Below are positions 30,404 to 45,611 of a DNA stretch of 64,000 nucleotides, piece by piece (position 1 is the stretch's first letter; each line of letters opens with the position of its first letter). The notes beneath the pieces were generated by a model, which worked only from the letters and a program-made list of their open reading frames with translations, made no database searches and was not told the DNA's origin. Both the position numbers and the translations under genes were made by a program. Origin of the DNA: the human T2T-CHM13v2.0 reference genome, Homo sapiens; the NCBI RefSeq assembly GCF_009914755.1, contig NC_060935.1; one strand, written 5' to 3'.

Positions 30404-33400
30404 TCAAAATGTAAACATGTAGTCCAAATTATGTTCAAATATTAGGTTTGCTAAATGCTGTAAGGTCATAAACTGTTTCTTTGGCTTTTGAAAATTGTTT
30501 AACTTACCTGCTTTCCAGCTAGGTAAGGTCTGGGAACATGTGGAATTGGCCACACCCTAGCTATGCTGCAAATAGTCAAAACTTATCAGAATGTAATTTA
30601 CCAGGTTTTACCTTAAAATTCTTCATTACAACATGAAATTAAGACCACTAGAAGCAGTTTTACATGCAAGATATGTAAGTAGAATGTGTTTTTTTTTCCT
30701 TGTAAGAGGCTATAAAAGGTTTTTACATCTTTAAGATTTCTGAGTCATCATTTTGGCAAAATAAATAATTTATGGTAATCTGGAATTCCAAAATCAAACT
30801 TCAGTTTCAAAATTGTCTTTCCTAATTCCTGGCTTTCTAGATGAATCAGAGGGCCCCTGAAAACATCTTGAAAAGAGGTAAACAGGATTATTTGATGTGT
30901 TTAGGTACATGAGCCAAAATGATGTTCAATCTTCTTTGGGTTATATTTTTGTGAATAATACTAATATATATTCCTAAATTGTATGGGATTTCTAAAATTC
31001 TAATGTCTAAGTATATGCTATCAATTATAATTATGGTTATTATGTTAAGTTATTGTAAACCACAAAAATAATGAAATTTTCTTGCCAGTGTTATGTGCCT
31101 AATTTGGATAAACAACTGGTATCCAAGAGGATATAAGTCTAATGTTAACTAAGCATGGACTCATGGAGAAACAGGATGGCCATCTTGTCCTTCCTGAGTC
31201 CTTAAAGCTTTTATTATTAAAACTTCTGCATTCCATGACTCATCGTGGAAAAGATATAATGATCCCAATTGAATACATTGGTAAAGTGGCTTACAAATTA
31301 CTAAAATAATTTATAACCGATGCTTGATCCCATATTCCTGGGAAAACAATTAAAGCTTCAGGTACATTTGGTCGCCTGGTGGGCAACTTAAACATTTTAT
31401 AAAGGGATTTCATCCCATTTTAATTTTCAGTGCATGTTTTCTGGTTGTATAAAAGCTTTCCCATGCAAGAGGGATGATGTTATAACAGTAGATTATTATG
31501 CTACAGTGTATTTTCACCAGGTAAAGAAAGCTTTTTATGGTTTGAATCTCCTGGAAACGTCAGAAAAAGACTATCCTTGCCATCCACACTACAACAAAAT
31601 TTTGGGGCCTTGGGATTCGGGTTCATGGTCTCACAACTGAGAAGGGGTCCCTCCCCGCTTTTGGAACTGTGCATTCATTGGAACCCTTGAGGAAAAGCTA
31701 ACCACGGAAACTTCTCCCAAGAAGAAGATGACATCCTTGATGTGAACAGCTTTTCCCAAGTTCACAGATCGAGACTTCTACTATCATGAAACTCTTATCT
31801 TTGAATTTTTTTTCTTGCTTATGCCTCTATGAACAATAGAAATGGAAAAGGGGTCTGTTATGCACCCTTATGGGGTATACTCTTATTTGTGAAGGAGTTT
31901 GCAGCCAGCCTTATACCTGGGTAATCTTATACTTTGATAGATAAAAGGTGAACGGCCAAGGTAGGTAAGAAACTTTAATGGTACACACGTTGCCTCACAA
32001 TCATCAAAAACAAAACCTTGGTTCACTCCTCTTAACCCATATCATGGGTTGAAAGAGAACATTGCCAGGAGGCCTTCACATTTCCAGAAGGGTACCATTT
32101 GTTTGGTCCTTTTTATGTGGTTTAAAGTAAAAGAGACAATGATTAGAAATGTATCCCTCATGATAGGTTCCATAGCAAACTTTACTGTATAGGCCACACT
32201 TACACAACAGACTTTAAATTCTCTTCTGAAAGTTATGCTAAATAATAGAATTAGCTAACCAGAAAAGTACCTGTGCAGCTGCTGGCAATTTTGGCCTATG
32301 GGGAATTACATCAAATGAAGATTAGAGAAATTCAGTGGTAGGGGATTGATGAAGAAATTGTTTAGTCAAGAGAGTAAACTTTATCTAGCTCATTATTTGA
32401 TCTATTTAATTTGAGGTGGTTTGGTTTATGGAGACCTTGGGTGAGGAGCATACTGCAAACTCTTGGTATTATCCTCCCAGTAGTCTCTCTGGTGCACTGT
32501 ATTCTCTCAAAGGTTTTAAATACTTTTACTCAGCCATCTCTAGAATGTCATATGGTCTCCCTTCAACTGGAATAACAGGGGCTAAAAGAAATGTGCGACC
32601 ATGAGGACCCTGTAACCTATAAATGATGTGCTGAGACCAGAAACCCAAAATAATGGTAACTGAGAGTGGCGTTAAGCCCCTAAGTTTGTGTCACACTCTC
32701 ACCTAAGTGAGAACTTGTCCATAAAGGGGGAATTTTAAAAACAAAATTCTAGGGCGGTCATTGTTTTGGACTAAGGTCATGCACTAGGCCCCAACAAACC
32801 AAACCAAACCAAAATGGAGTTGCTTGTGCTAAGACTTTAAGGAAACACATAGATTCTAGAACAGACCAGGTTTTGTTTTTTCTCTTGCAAATCTCTATAA
32901 TGAAAATTTCTAAGAGCGGAGGTATCTGCCCCCTGAAGTTCCCATTAAATCTTTTAACCAAATTCATTTCCTCTTGCCTAGAGACCTTCAAGCTTCAGAT
33001 AATCATGCAACAAAGGTTCCAGCCAATTCCAGGTGAAGACACCGCCCCAGTGCCATCAAGAAACTACTCCACCTCCACTAGACAGAACAGGGTGAGAGTT
33101 CCATGATCCCCAAGTCAACATGAAGCAGTTACAGAAAAAAGACCATCAGTCCCTCTGCCTCCCATAAAGACTTATGGAGATCACATCCCTCACGGGGGAG
33201 ATGATGCAGAAAAATAGGTTCTGGAGGCAGAGAACATAAGGCCAATTCACACTTCAGCTATGAGAGGAAATATCCTCTCCATAGGGCGTAGGCCAACTCA
33301 ATGACTTTGTCATTTTACTTCATCCTCTCCATTTACATAGGGCTTACCCCAAGTAACCAATGGAATCCTCTAGCAGGTATTTAAACTCCCAAAAATTCTG

Positions 33401-33560
33401 TAGTGGGGCCTTTGAGCCCCTATGCTCGGGCCCACTCCCACGCTGTGGAACATACTTTCATTTTCAGTAAATCCCTTCATTCCTTGCTTGCTTTATTTGT
33501 GCGTTTTGTCCAATTCTTCATTCAAGATGCCAAGAACCTGGACACCCTCCACCATTAACA

Positions 33561-33855
33561 ATGCCTGTAATACCAGCACTTTGGGAGGCTGAGGTGAGTG
33601 GATCGTGTGAGCCCAGGAGTTCCAGACCAGCCTGGACAACATGGCAAACCCCATCTCTACAAAAAGTACAAAAATTAGCTGGGCATGGTGGTGCATGTCT
33701 GTAGTCTCAGCTACTCAGAAGGCTGAAGCAAGAGGATCACCTGAGCCAGGGAGGTTGAGGCTGCAGTGAGCTGAAATCATGCCATTGTGCTCCAGAATGG
33801 ACAATGGAGTGAGACCCTGTCTCAAAAAGAAACAAACAAATAAAAGCAAATAAAA
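33561..33855 (+). mobile_element. AluJ-like element missing its first about 18 nt, abutting the LTR end
   Basis: LTR ...TTAACA is followed immediately by ATGCCTGTAATACCAGCAC. Confidence 0.88.
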
Positions 33856-34196
33856 TAATTGAGATCATATAAACCATGTTCTGTGACCATAATTGAGTCA
33901 AATTAAAATCAAGAACAGGATAACAAGAAATCCTCCAATAACTTGGAAATTAAACATCTGACTACTAAACAATCAATGAGTCATTAAATACTTTCTGAAA
34001 TTTGTATTAAGTATCTTTGTCTAACACTGAGATGACAGGTATAGGCGGGCAAGAACAGTGGATAAGCCCTTCTCTACTCTGGCCTCCTGCTGGGATGGTT
34101 GGGGACAATGCTCTTTCACTTCCTAGAGGGCCTCTGGTTTTTTGAGAGGACCAGAAACTGTGAAGCACAGCATTAATCTCATGCTATGAGGCCTGA

Positions 34197-34644
<448 letters not shown>

Positions 34645-34734
34645 GAAGGGCCTGTCTTCTATTTCATTTTTATTCCTAGGTTTCTTTCCATCCAAAGTTA
34701 AGAGTTCATTTCCATGCTAGATCTCTGTACAACC

Positions 34735-35328
34735 CTTTAAGCTATGGGTGTCTTTATGTGTGAAATGGGGCTCTTGAAGAGAGCAGATGAATGGGTCTTT
34801 TTTTTAAATCCAACTTGCAACTCTGTGCATTTTAAGTGGGATGTTTAGACCATTTACATTCAAGGTTGATATTGATATGTGTAGCTTTGATCCTATCATG
34901 AAGTTGTTAGCTGCTTACTTTGTATTTTCTACTGTGTTGTTGTTTTATAGGGTCTGTGAGTTATGTACTGAAATAGACACATAGACCAATGCATCCCAGG
35001 AATAAAGCCATCCACCTTCAGCCATCTGATCTTTGACAAAGTCAACAAAATTAAGCAATGGGGAAAGGACTCCATAGTCAATAAATAGTGCTGGGATAGC
35101 TGTCTAGCCATATGCAGATTAAAACTGGACCCCTACATTTCACCATATACAAAAGTTAAATCAAGATGGATTACAGATTTAAATGTAATACCTCCAACTA
35201 TGATAATCCTAGAAGAAAACCTAAGACACACCATTCTGGACATCAGCCTTGGGAAATAATTTATGAATAAGTCCTCAAAGGGAGTTGCAACAAAAATAAA
35301 AATTCACAAATGGATCTTCATTAAACTG
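34735..35328. mobile_element. Old L1 fragments: inverted piece (about 34735-34969, -) joined to an ORF2 piece (about 34970-35328, +)
   Basis: CCATTTACATTCAAGGTT...ATTGATATGTGT on the minus strand and ATCTGATCTTTGACAAAG...AAACTGGACCCCTAC on the plus strand. Confidence 0.75.
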
Positions 35329-36580
35329 GGACAGCTTTGTAGGGAAACTAACTTAGAAGCCCAAATTAAGTTCAGAAACTAGAATCTAGACTCCAGCAAA
35401 ACAGACTGAAATGAACTCCAATCATATTAATATGTTTATCTTGTATTTAGTGCACACCTGCTGTGTGCAAGCATAACATTGGGTCCTTTGTTGGCTGCAG
35501 AGTTGAGTCACTGATGAAGTCCACCTCTCTGAATGAGGATTTGGTTCATAGGGATTATGGACCAGCAGATACGATGCTGCCAGTCCCTGTCTCAGAATCC
35601 ATTATTCTTTGGGTATTGAATATCCTCACCATTGTCACTGTTATCCCTGAAATTGGGTGACAGTTGCCATTTCCCACAGAAATTTAAAAAGTCTTTTTTG
35701 TGGGTGTTTTGAGGTTTTTAAAAATTGTTTGTTGTCCTTTGTTTTCACAAGTGTAAAGTTGCTCCAAATTGTGGAGAAGAATTATCATTTTCTTTTTTTC
35801 CCCTATTTCCTGTATATTTTTTTCACCCTTTTTCCTTTGCCCTCAATCTTTAGAGGAAAGTCTATCTCTGTCTTGGGCGAGGTGTTTTTGTTCCCCGATC
35901 CACTGGAGTCCCTGGCACCATCCACAGTCCCTAGCGTGGGAGGTGCTCAGGAGTTGAGGACACGAAAATTGGCCTTGGCCTGCTTTTACCGCAATCTAGG
36001 ACAGGCACTAATGCTATGTTTGCATGTGGGTAGAAGGTGAATATGCTGATGATGGTCAGAAGGAGACATCAGGACTTTGACAAACACAGGACAAGTGGTT
36101 GTTTTGTTCCTCAGTGGAGATGGGGAAAGTAGATTCTGTACCCTTCCTTGGTGAATCACTGTCAGCTGAAAAATCAGTGATTGATTCCTGATTCACAACA
36201 CCCTCCTTTATCACTGGTGAGCAAACCACAGATGCCAGACGTCCAGGAATTTCTGATGACTTCTTATTAACCAGATGCCAAACCACTCAAGATTTCTAGT
36301 CCACAATGAGCTTGTAGCACACCCCAAAAACTTCTCCTCAAATCACTGCTATGTTGTCCTAACTCACAAGATAGGTCCTGTCTGCCTCTCCAAATAGATC
36401 CAGAGATTTCACAAGAACTTCACTCCTCCCTGGAACTTAGGATCCATGGAGTATTTCCCTCATGCCTGGTTATTGTCAATCCCCTCACCACACCTACCTA
36501 CACACACACACAGAGGCTGCATCCTGCTCCATAGACGAAAGGAATGGCAGTTTCACCAACCTTAGTTTCAACCACTTGTA

Positions 36581-36658
36581 TTAGTTTGGTGCAAAAGTAA
36601 TTGCAGTTTTGCAATTACCTTTAGTGGCGAAAACTGCAATTACTTTTGTGCCAATCTA
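36581..36658. mobile_element. MADE1 (Hsmar1-derived MITE), about 80-bp palindrome with TA flanks
   Basis: TTAGTTTGGTGCAAAAGTAATTGCAGTTTT...AAAACTGCAATTACTTTTGTGCCAATCTA. Confidence 0.92.
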
Positions 36659-37237
36659 TAGTTTCTCTCCTACCCCAGAAGTCCATGTTGCTCAGTACTG
36701 AGAATGCACTGAGATCAGGTCTTCCTGTTTTCATTGTGTGTGAAGTTGCTGAAGGCTGACTGTTATTCCAGCCTACATCCTTTCTTCATTTCTTTTCATT
36801 CACACCCTCCAAAGACCTCCTCTGAGTGCCCCCCTGGTTTAGGTAACCGTTTTCCACGTTCTTGTAATTCTTGGATCACAGCTTCATCCAAGCACTGAGC
36901 TCACCTACGTAGAAGACCTTTGCAGATGTTCAGTTGCATTCAGTACAATAGTGACCAAGGGATATCTTTGTGGGTCTGCCTATCCCAGGAGCTTGAAATC
37001 TTTGGTTACAAAAAAGTGTCTTTTTAATCTTTAAATCACCAAGTCTAGCACCAGAACTGGAATAATGAGGTTTCCTTAAATTGACCGTGAGTGTAAACTG
37101 TTAACCTCAGTGTGGTGACATTTGTGTAAAATCTGGAGTCTCCTTGAACATTTGCAATATGCCACCAGTCACTAGAGGGAGGCCTTAACTTTCATAACCA
37201 GATGCAAATCTCAAAGTGACTAAAATGAAATGATAGG

Positions 37238-38473
37238 ATGGACACCCTATTCAATAAATGGTGCTGGTATGATTGGCAAGCCACCTTTAGGAGAATTAAA
37301 CTGTATCCTCATCTCTCACAAAAACCAACTCAAGAAGGATCAAGGACTTAAATCTAAGACCTGAAACTATAAAAATTCTAAAAGATAACATTGGAAAACC
37401 CCTTCTAGACATTAGCTTAGGCAAAGACTTCATGACCAAGAACCCAAAAGCAAATGCAACAAAAACAAACATAAATAGACAGGACTTAATTAAACTAATA
37501 AGCTTCTGCACAGCAAAAGAAACAACAGAGTAAATAGCCCACAGAGTAGGAGAAAATCTTCACAATCTATACATCCAACAAAGGACTATTATGCAGAATC
37601 TACCAGGAACTCAAGCAAATTAACAAGAAAAATACAAACAATCCCATCAAAAAGTGGGCTAAAGACATGAATAGACAATTCTCAAAAGAAGATATACAAA
37701 TGGACAACAAACATGAAAAAATGCTCAACATCACTAATAATCAAGGAAACACAAATCAAAACCACAATAAAATACCTCCTTACTCCCACAAAAATGGCCA
37801 TTATCAAAAAATAAAAAATAATAGATATTGGCATGGATGTGGTGAAACGAAAACACGTCTACGCTGTTGGTGGGAATGTAAGCTAGGACAACCACTATGG
37901 AAAAGAGTGTGGAGGTTCCTTAAATAACTAAGAGTAAAACTTCCAGCAATCCCACTACTTGTTATCTGCCCAGAGGAAAAGAAGACATTATATGCAAAAG
38001 ATACTTGCACACACATGTTTATAGCAGCACAATTTGTTATTGCAAAAATGTGGATCAGCCCAAATGCCCATAAGTCAATGAGTGGACAAAGAAATTGTGG
38101 TATATATATATATACACAATGGCCATAAAAAGGAATGAATTAATGGCATTTGCAGCAACCTGGATGGAACTGGAGACTATTATTCCAAGTGAAGTCACTC
38201 AGGAATGGAAGACCAAACATCTTATGCTCTCACTCATGATTGGGAGCTAAGCCATGGGGATGCAAAGGCATAAGAATGATACAATGGACATTGGGGACTT
38301 GGCAGAAAGAGTGGAAGGGGGTGAGGGATAAAAGACTACAAATTCGGTTCAGTGTATACTATTTGGATGATGGGTGCACCATTATCTCATAGATCACCAC
38401 TAAAGAACTTACTCATGTATCCAAATACCACCGGTTCCCCAAAAACCTAAGGAAATAAAAATTTTAAAAAAAA
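37238..38473 (+). mobile_element. L1PB-like 3' portion
   Basis: ORF2 C-terminal translation [12 protein letters not shown]..., L1 3'UTR and A-rich tail. Confidence 0.88.
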
Positions 38474-38474
38474 T

Positions 38475-39030
38475 TCAGAATCATTTCCTTGCCCTAAAAA
38501 ATCCTCTGTGCATTCCCTTTTTGTGCCCCCTCCTCACTAACCTCTGCCAATCACTGATCTTTGTCTCCATATGTGCTTTTCAGAATGCCATACTGTTGGA
38601 ATCCTACAGTAGGTAACCCTTTCAGATTGGCTTCTTTCACTTAGTCATATGCATTTGAGAGTCCTCTTTGTCTTTTCATGGCATAATAGCTCATTTCTTC
38701 TTGGTGGCGAATCATCTTCCACTGTGTGTACCAAAGGTTAATAATCCCTGTACCTCTTAAAGGACTTCTCAGTTGCTTCCCAGTTTTGACAATTTTCAAT
38801 CAAGCTGCTATGAGTATCTGTGTCCACATTTTTGTGTAGAAATAACATTGCAATTAATTTAGGTCAATATCAAGGAGCAAACTCACTGGAATTTATGGTG
38901 AGAATATGCTCACTTTAGTAAGAAACTGCCACGTTGTCTTCCAAATGGTTGTACCATTTTGCATTCCCACCAGTCAATGAATGAGAGTTCCTGTTGCTCA
39001 TCATCTCGCCAGCATATGGTGTTGTCAGTA
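38475..39030 (-). mobile_element. Old L1M fragment
   Basis: AGAAACTGCCA..TTGTCTTCCAAA..GTTGTACCATTTTGCATTCCCACCAG pattern. Confidence 0.75.
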
Positions 39031-39784
39031 TAGGATGTTTGCTTAAAAGGAAAAAAAATAAAGAATAAAAAAAGAAATCAACTAAATGAAGGAGCTAGTA
39101 TGAGTCATCATTAGAAGAATTCATTTGAGTCCAAAAGTGAAATGCAAGGAGGAGCTGAGATTGAAATTAATCTGTATCCAACTTCATCCCACCTCACATG
39201 TCACCATTGCCAGATGTACAACTGAGAGAAGCACTTGGTTACTTGACAACTCACACACCATCAGTGCCAGAGCCAGACCTTCAGGCTTTCAAGCTGTGCA
39301 ACTGTGGACAGGTTTCTTTTTTCTGCAAGTAAGTTGCCTCAACTATAATTTTGGAAATGTAATAGCTTATATCTTATAATTTTGTGACAAGGACGTGATT
39401 ATGATAAATTGTGTTTTGCAGGTTTGGACATACAAACCGAAAACTATTGCTACCATTTTTTGTTACCACTATTCTCATTAGCTACAGAAGATTTTGCAAC
39501 TTGCAGGACCTCCCTGTTTCTAAATAGAATGAACTCACTGTTGGTTTGGTGGCTGGATTTTCATGGAACATTCTATTCTATGAAGTTAAGTGAATGTTTG
39601 TGTGATCAATAATAAAAAGTGGTTTGTTTGCTGAATGAATGAGCCAAGAAAAAGAAAGGGCTTAGGAAAGAATGTGCTCAAGGCTCTTTTGGCCTTCTGT
39701 AAATCTTTGGCTTTACAGAAGCAGGTAGCTCAGAATTGAGGTGCTTGGAAAGTGTAATTTTGATTTCAAGCTTAGGTGATTTAA

Positions 39785-40510
39785 GTTTTTTTCATTGTGG
39801 TACGAAAATGTAAAAAGTGCCATTTTAAGCATTTCTTAGTGTGCACCTTAGTGGTATTAAGTACATTCATGAGAGAGATTTGTTGTGCAACCAATCTCTA
39901 GAAACTTTCTCTTAAAAACCTGAAACTCTCTATCACTAAATGATAACTCTCAATATCTTTTTCCTGGAAACCACTATTCTAATTTCTGTTTCTATGAATC
40001 TGGCTACTGTAAATACCATGCATAAGTGGAATCATACTATGTTTGTTTTTGTGACTGGATTATTTCATATAGCATAATGTACTCTAGTTCATCTATATAG
40101 AATTCTACAGCCTGTGTCTGAATCTTCTTCCCTTTTGAGTCTGAATAAGATTCTATTCCATGAATGCACAGATTTGCTTCATCCATTTATCTGGGGATGA
40201 ACAATGGATTGGATCCCCTTCCTGATGGATGTGAATAGTGTCCTTAAAGACATGCGTATGCAATATCTCTACAAGATCCTGATTTCAGTTTTTGTGGATG
40301 TATCCTCAAAGGAGAAATTCCTTGATCCTATGATATTTTCTATTTTAATTTGAGAGGCCCCCATACTCTTCCATGGCAGCTGCAGATTTTACATTCCCAC
40401 CAAATGTGCACAAGAATTGCTACCTCTGTACATCCTTGTTACAATATTATATTCTAATTTATTAGTTTGCTTGTTGGTCTGTTTTATAATAGCACCCTAA
40501 GGGGTATGAA
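39785..40510 (-). mobile_element. Old L1M 3' fragment
   Basis: ATAAGTGGAATCATAC...GTGACTGGATTATTTCA...TTTACATTCCCACC pattern. Confidence 0.75.
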
Positions 40511-40799
40511 AAGTCTATGTTATTTTGACCTGAGATTTGAAAACCAAAAAAATCAGTGGGGTAGCAAAATCTGAAGGTGTCTCACCTCTCACACCCATTC
40601 TGCTGTCATAAGCCATAGAGGAAAGTGGAAGCTCCCCTCCATTTGGCCCATCCTGTTCTCCAGCCACAAACCCATCCCTGTTTTACCATGTGCACCTGTC
40701 TGTTTCAGGTTCATCTGGCTATCTGGTGTCCCTCACAAGCCACTTGGTTTATACATTGTCGATTTCTCTCATGTTGTTCCCTGGGCTTCTTCCACACTT

Positions 40800-40830
<31 letters not shown>

Positions 40831-41054
40831 GTATGTGTGCATTTGCATGTATGTGTGTGTCTGTGTGCATGTGTGTATGTGTGTGTGTTTGTGTGTGTCT
40901 GTGTGTGTATGTGTGTATGTTTTGTGTGTGTCTGTGTGTGTATGTGTGGCTGTGTGTATGTGTATCTGTGTGTGTGTATTTGTGTGTATGTGTGTGTCTG
41001 TGTGTATGTGTGCCTATGTGTGTGTCTGTGTGTGTGTGTGTTGTGTGTGGGTGT

Positions 41055-41085
<31 letters not shown>
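40800..41085. repeat. About 285-bp imperfect (TG)n tract
   Basis: Read directly. Confidence 0.97.
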
Positions 41086-41088
<3 letters not shown>

Positions 41089-42339
41089 CAAATCCGATGT
41101 GTCCCTGAGCGGCACTCAGATATGCTCCTTTATATTCCCAGCAACACGTCTCAGTGCCTTCACCCAGAACGTTCCATGCCTCCCCCTGTTTCCCTGGAGC
41201 ACTCTGCTCATGGCTGGGGAAGGGCAGAGGAGTTGTCCCCATGGGCTGCTTTGCTGCTGGGACCCTGGGAACTCAGAAGCTCTGAACCTCCTAATTAGAA
41301 GAGAAACTAAACAGGAGCTCCTATTAGTCAATATAGAGCTTGGTGAGTTGATATTAAATTTCCCTGAAATTGTTTTAGAAGTCTTGGCTTCCACTAGAAG
41401 ATTAGGAGTTGGAGTGGTTGATGCGGCAAAATCCTCGTTTCACTGTTCTCTCTAGGGATGTGGAAAACCGATGAGTTTCTTTCACAGTCACCACCACACT
41501 ACTCATCTTTCACCCTCAACTGCCCACAGGGAAGCCTGGCACCATGAGCATTCTTTTACACTGAACATGAATGTCACCCATTTAGCAGTTTGTTGATTCA
41601 TAATTTTATGATGTATTTGTTAAAAGATTGTTTGCTGATCTTCTTCTCCATGCCAGCCGCTGTGCTGAGCCAAGATGAGCAAAAGCAGATACTGGCCCTG
41701 TGATTATGGAGCTAACAGTCCAGGAAAACTTGTATCCATGAACTGATTACACATTTGTAAAATAACAGCCTTGGAATTGCTGCAAATGAGAGGTGCATGG
41801 TTCCAGCAGTGTCTGTAAAGGGCAACACTGACCAAAGCATCGGGGTCAGGCAACAATGCCCGTGGGTGGAAAGAATGAACTGAAATATTGCATGAACTAG
41901 GTAAGGAGGAGGGACCCATTAAAAATATCAATGATGAAAACTAAAAAACCCTGTGCAGGTGTTAAGGGCAATAGGAATGATAAAAGTACAAGCAAACAGT
42001 CCTCTCTCAGAGATACACATTCTCCCCGGTGGACCATAGAGCTGACAAGGTGAATGCCAAGCCTGTGCCAGGACAAGCTCTGGTCCACAGTTAGGATGAA
42101 TGCCTCACAGACCTGTCTGCTGTGAAAGACGTCTCAGTCCTGAAGCCCAAGTCCATGGGTCTGTAGACTCAGAGATCATGAACTGGATTTCTTTTTCCAT
42201 TTATGTCAGAGAGAAATGGTGTATCTAGGTGTCCATGTAGTTCTGAAAGTAGGTGATTTAGTGGATTTTGGCTGTGCTCTAAACTAGGAACTACTGGCAA
42301 ACCATGACATATATGACAAGTGGGACAAGATAATGGGAG

Positions 42340-42580
42340 TTAGAATTTATTGAGAACTACTATGTACCAGAACTTAGTTAACTTTAAACACACACACCCC
42401 CATGAACACACTCATTTGATCATCTATGAACCCAATGATGTAGGCACAATTACTAGCCTACTTTGACAAATAGGAAAACTGAGGTTACATAAGCTGAATA
42501 ATTTTCTTAAGGTCCAAGAGCCCACAAATGAGGCTGTATCTGTGAGCCTTGTATCTGTGAGCCTCACCACTGGCCCTCCC
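42340..42580 (-). mobile_element. MIR (other MIR remnants at about 7865-8080, 10660-10790, 45880-46040)
   Basis: TTTATTGAG...TACTATGTACCAG...GAAAACTGAGG core. Confidence 0.7.
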
Positions 42581-42744
42581 ACTCCTTGGTGGTGGCGGAA
42601 GAGCTGGCTCAGGGATTTCCTCATGATCCTGTGTGATGGAAGTGACAGCCACTGTTGCCCTCAGCTGGGGCTCAAACAAACCTGCCAAGTTGTCTCTGAT
42701 GACACAGCCCATAAGGTCCCCTCTTTACATACATGTCTTTCTGT

Positions 42745-42910
42745 GTGGTTTTCAGCCCTCCTGCCCATCAGAAACACCAGAGCAGTTTAAACAGTGTAGG
42801 AATCAGGGAGTCAACCCAACGCTACTGAATCAAAATCCCCAGAGAGAGAAACCTGGGGAGTCAGTATATTTTAAAAGCTCCAAGTGATTCGATTGCGCAG
42901 CTGCGAATGG
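42745..42910. mobile_element. MER5-type hAT remnant (others at about 1768-1845 and 50761-50835)
   Basis: CTACTGAATCAAAATC...TATTTTAAAAGCTCCAAGTGATTC.ATTGCGCAGC. Confidence 0.6.
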
Positions 42911-42971
42911 AAAGCTCGGGCCTAGGCTGTGAATCCTCTCAAAAGTAAGTTCATTTAAGAGAGAAATTTCT

Positions 42972-44456
<1,485 letters not shown>

Positions 44457-45457
44457 AGAGAGAAATTTCTAGTGATTGATTTCCTGCTCACACCACACAA
44501 AGGCATCACAGCAGGAGGGCAGGAGGGTGTGTATTGCTTTGTCTGGGTGCTTCCTTCCCTTTCTATTAAAAATGGGATTGGCTCAGGCAGCACAGCTAGA
44601 TTTGAAGTGGAAAACTTGAGCCTAGAGGTTGGGGGGAAGTGACCACTCACCCTGATCATCTGTCTCTTCTTTTCCATCTTCTTCCCCTCCTGGAGCCCCA
44701 GAGCAAAGAACTCTCAGTACCTGTCCGATGCATGATTGGCTCTGGACACTCCAAAAGCTACTTGGAAAAAGTTAGGCTATGTAATCATCAGGTCAACCCA
44801 TCAACATGTGGGTGGCTACACATCACAGAAAGCTTGCTCCTCGTAGAGAGAAAATGTGAGTCTTGGCCATATTTATAGCTGCACTCATAAACAAGACTCA
44901 GGTTTGGGAGTAAGACAGGCTAGAGAACAGGTGCAGCAGTTGCTTTTCCCCAGGAAATCCTCCAAAGGTAAGATGCATTGAACTAGGTTTTAGGTACCTA
45001 TGCAGTGAACATGGTGGTGATGGGAGGGGCTGAGGGGAATAGGTCTTGTTTAGACTTGCTCAATGTGCAACTGAAACAAGCCTACTGGTTGTCAGACATG
45101 CAGGGGGATCAAAGCAGGGTTTCCTTATGTCCCTGCTCCCCCATAACCAGAACACAGCCTTCCAGCTTCCTGTGCCTTCCAAAGTCAGAATTTACCTGTG
45201 CCCTTGAACTGATACAAAGAAAAAAAATAATCAGCAAAACTCAGAAGGAAACAGAATCCCAGGAATATTTCCAGAGGTGCCTGAACATTCACGTGGAACA
45301 CAGAGCAGAGTTCCTGCAGGGCTACCCTCCTGTGCTCTGCCCCAGTCAGAGTGCAGGGAGGCGTGGGGAGGTGACACAGATGGATGGCAACAGCCCTGGG
45401 AAGGAGAGGTGGGCTGGGAGCCAGGCCTCATGACCAGTACCAGCTAGACTCCCTAGG

Positions 45458-45465
45458 TACAAATA
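45458..45465 (+). promoter_or_regulatory. Non-canonical TATA-like TACAAATA box of SCGB1D2
   Basis: About 95 bp upstream of the ATG, positionally equivalent to AATAAATA of SCGB2A1. Confidence 0.55.
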
Positions 45466-45556
45466 GCCCTGGGCTCTGCAGCTCCACAGGCTCCTGGGGT
45501 GGAGTCCAAATCACTCATTGTTTGTGAAAGCTGAGCTCACAGCAAAACAAGCCACC

Positions 45557-45611
45557 ATGAAGCTGTCGGTGTGTCTCCTGCTGGTCACGCTGGCCCTCTG
45601 CTGCTACCAGG
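45557..45611 (+). CDS. SCGB1D2: SCGB1D2 coding exon 1 (signal peptide MKLSVCLLLVTLALCCYQ)
   Basis: GCCACCATG Kozak context, 55-nt coding exon, G|GTGAGT donor. Confidence 0.97.

Noticed and set aside
35400-36500. Unique-looking sequence checked for a secretoglobin pseudo-exon or processed pseudogene
   Set aside because: No recognisable protein homology or exon structure by eye; a tBLASTn search would be needed to exclude it.
40625-41298. Long Cys/Val- or His/Thr-rich ORFs (also 16115-16497)
   Set aside because: Translations of dinucleotide repeats that lack stop codons.
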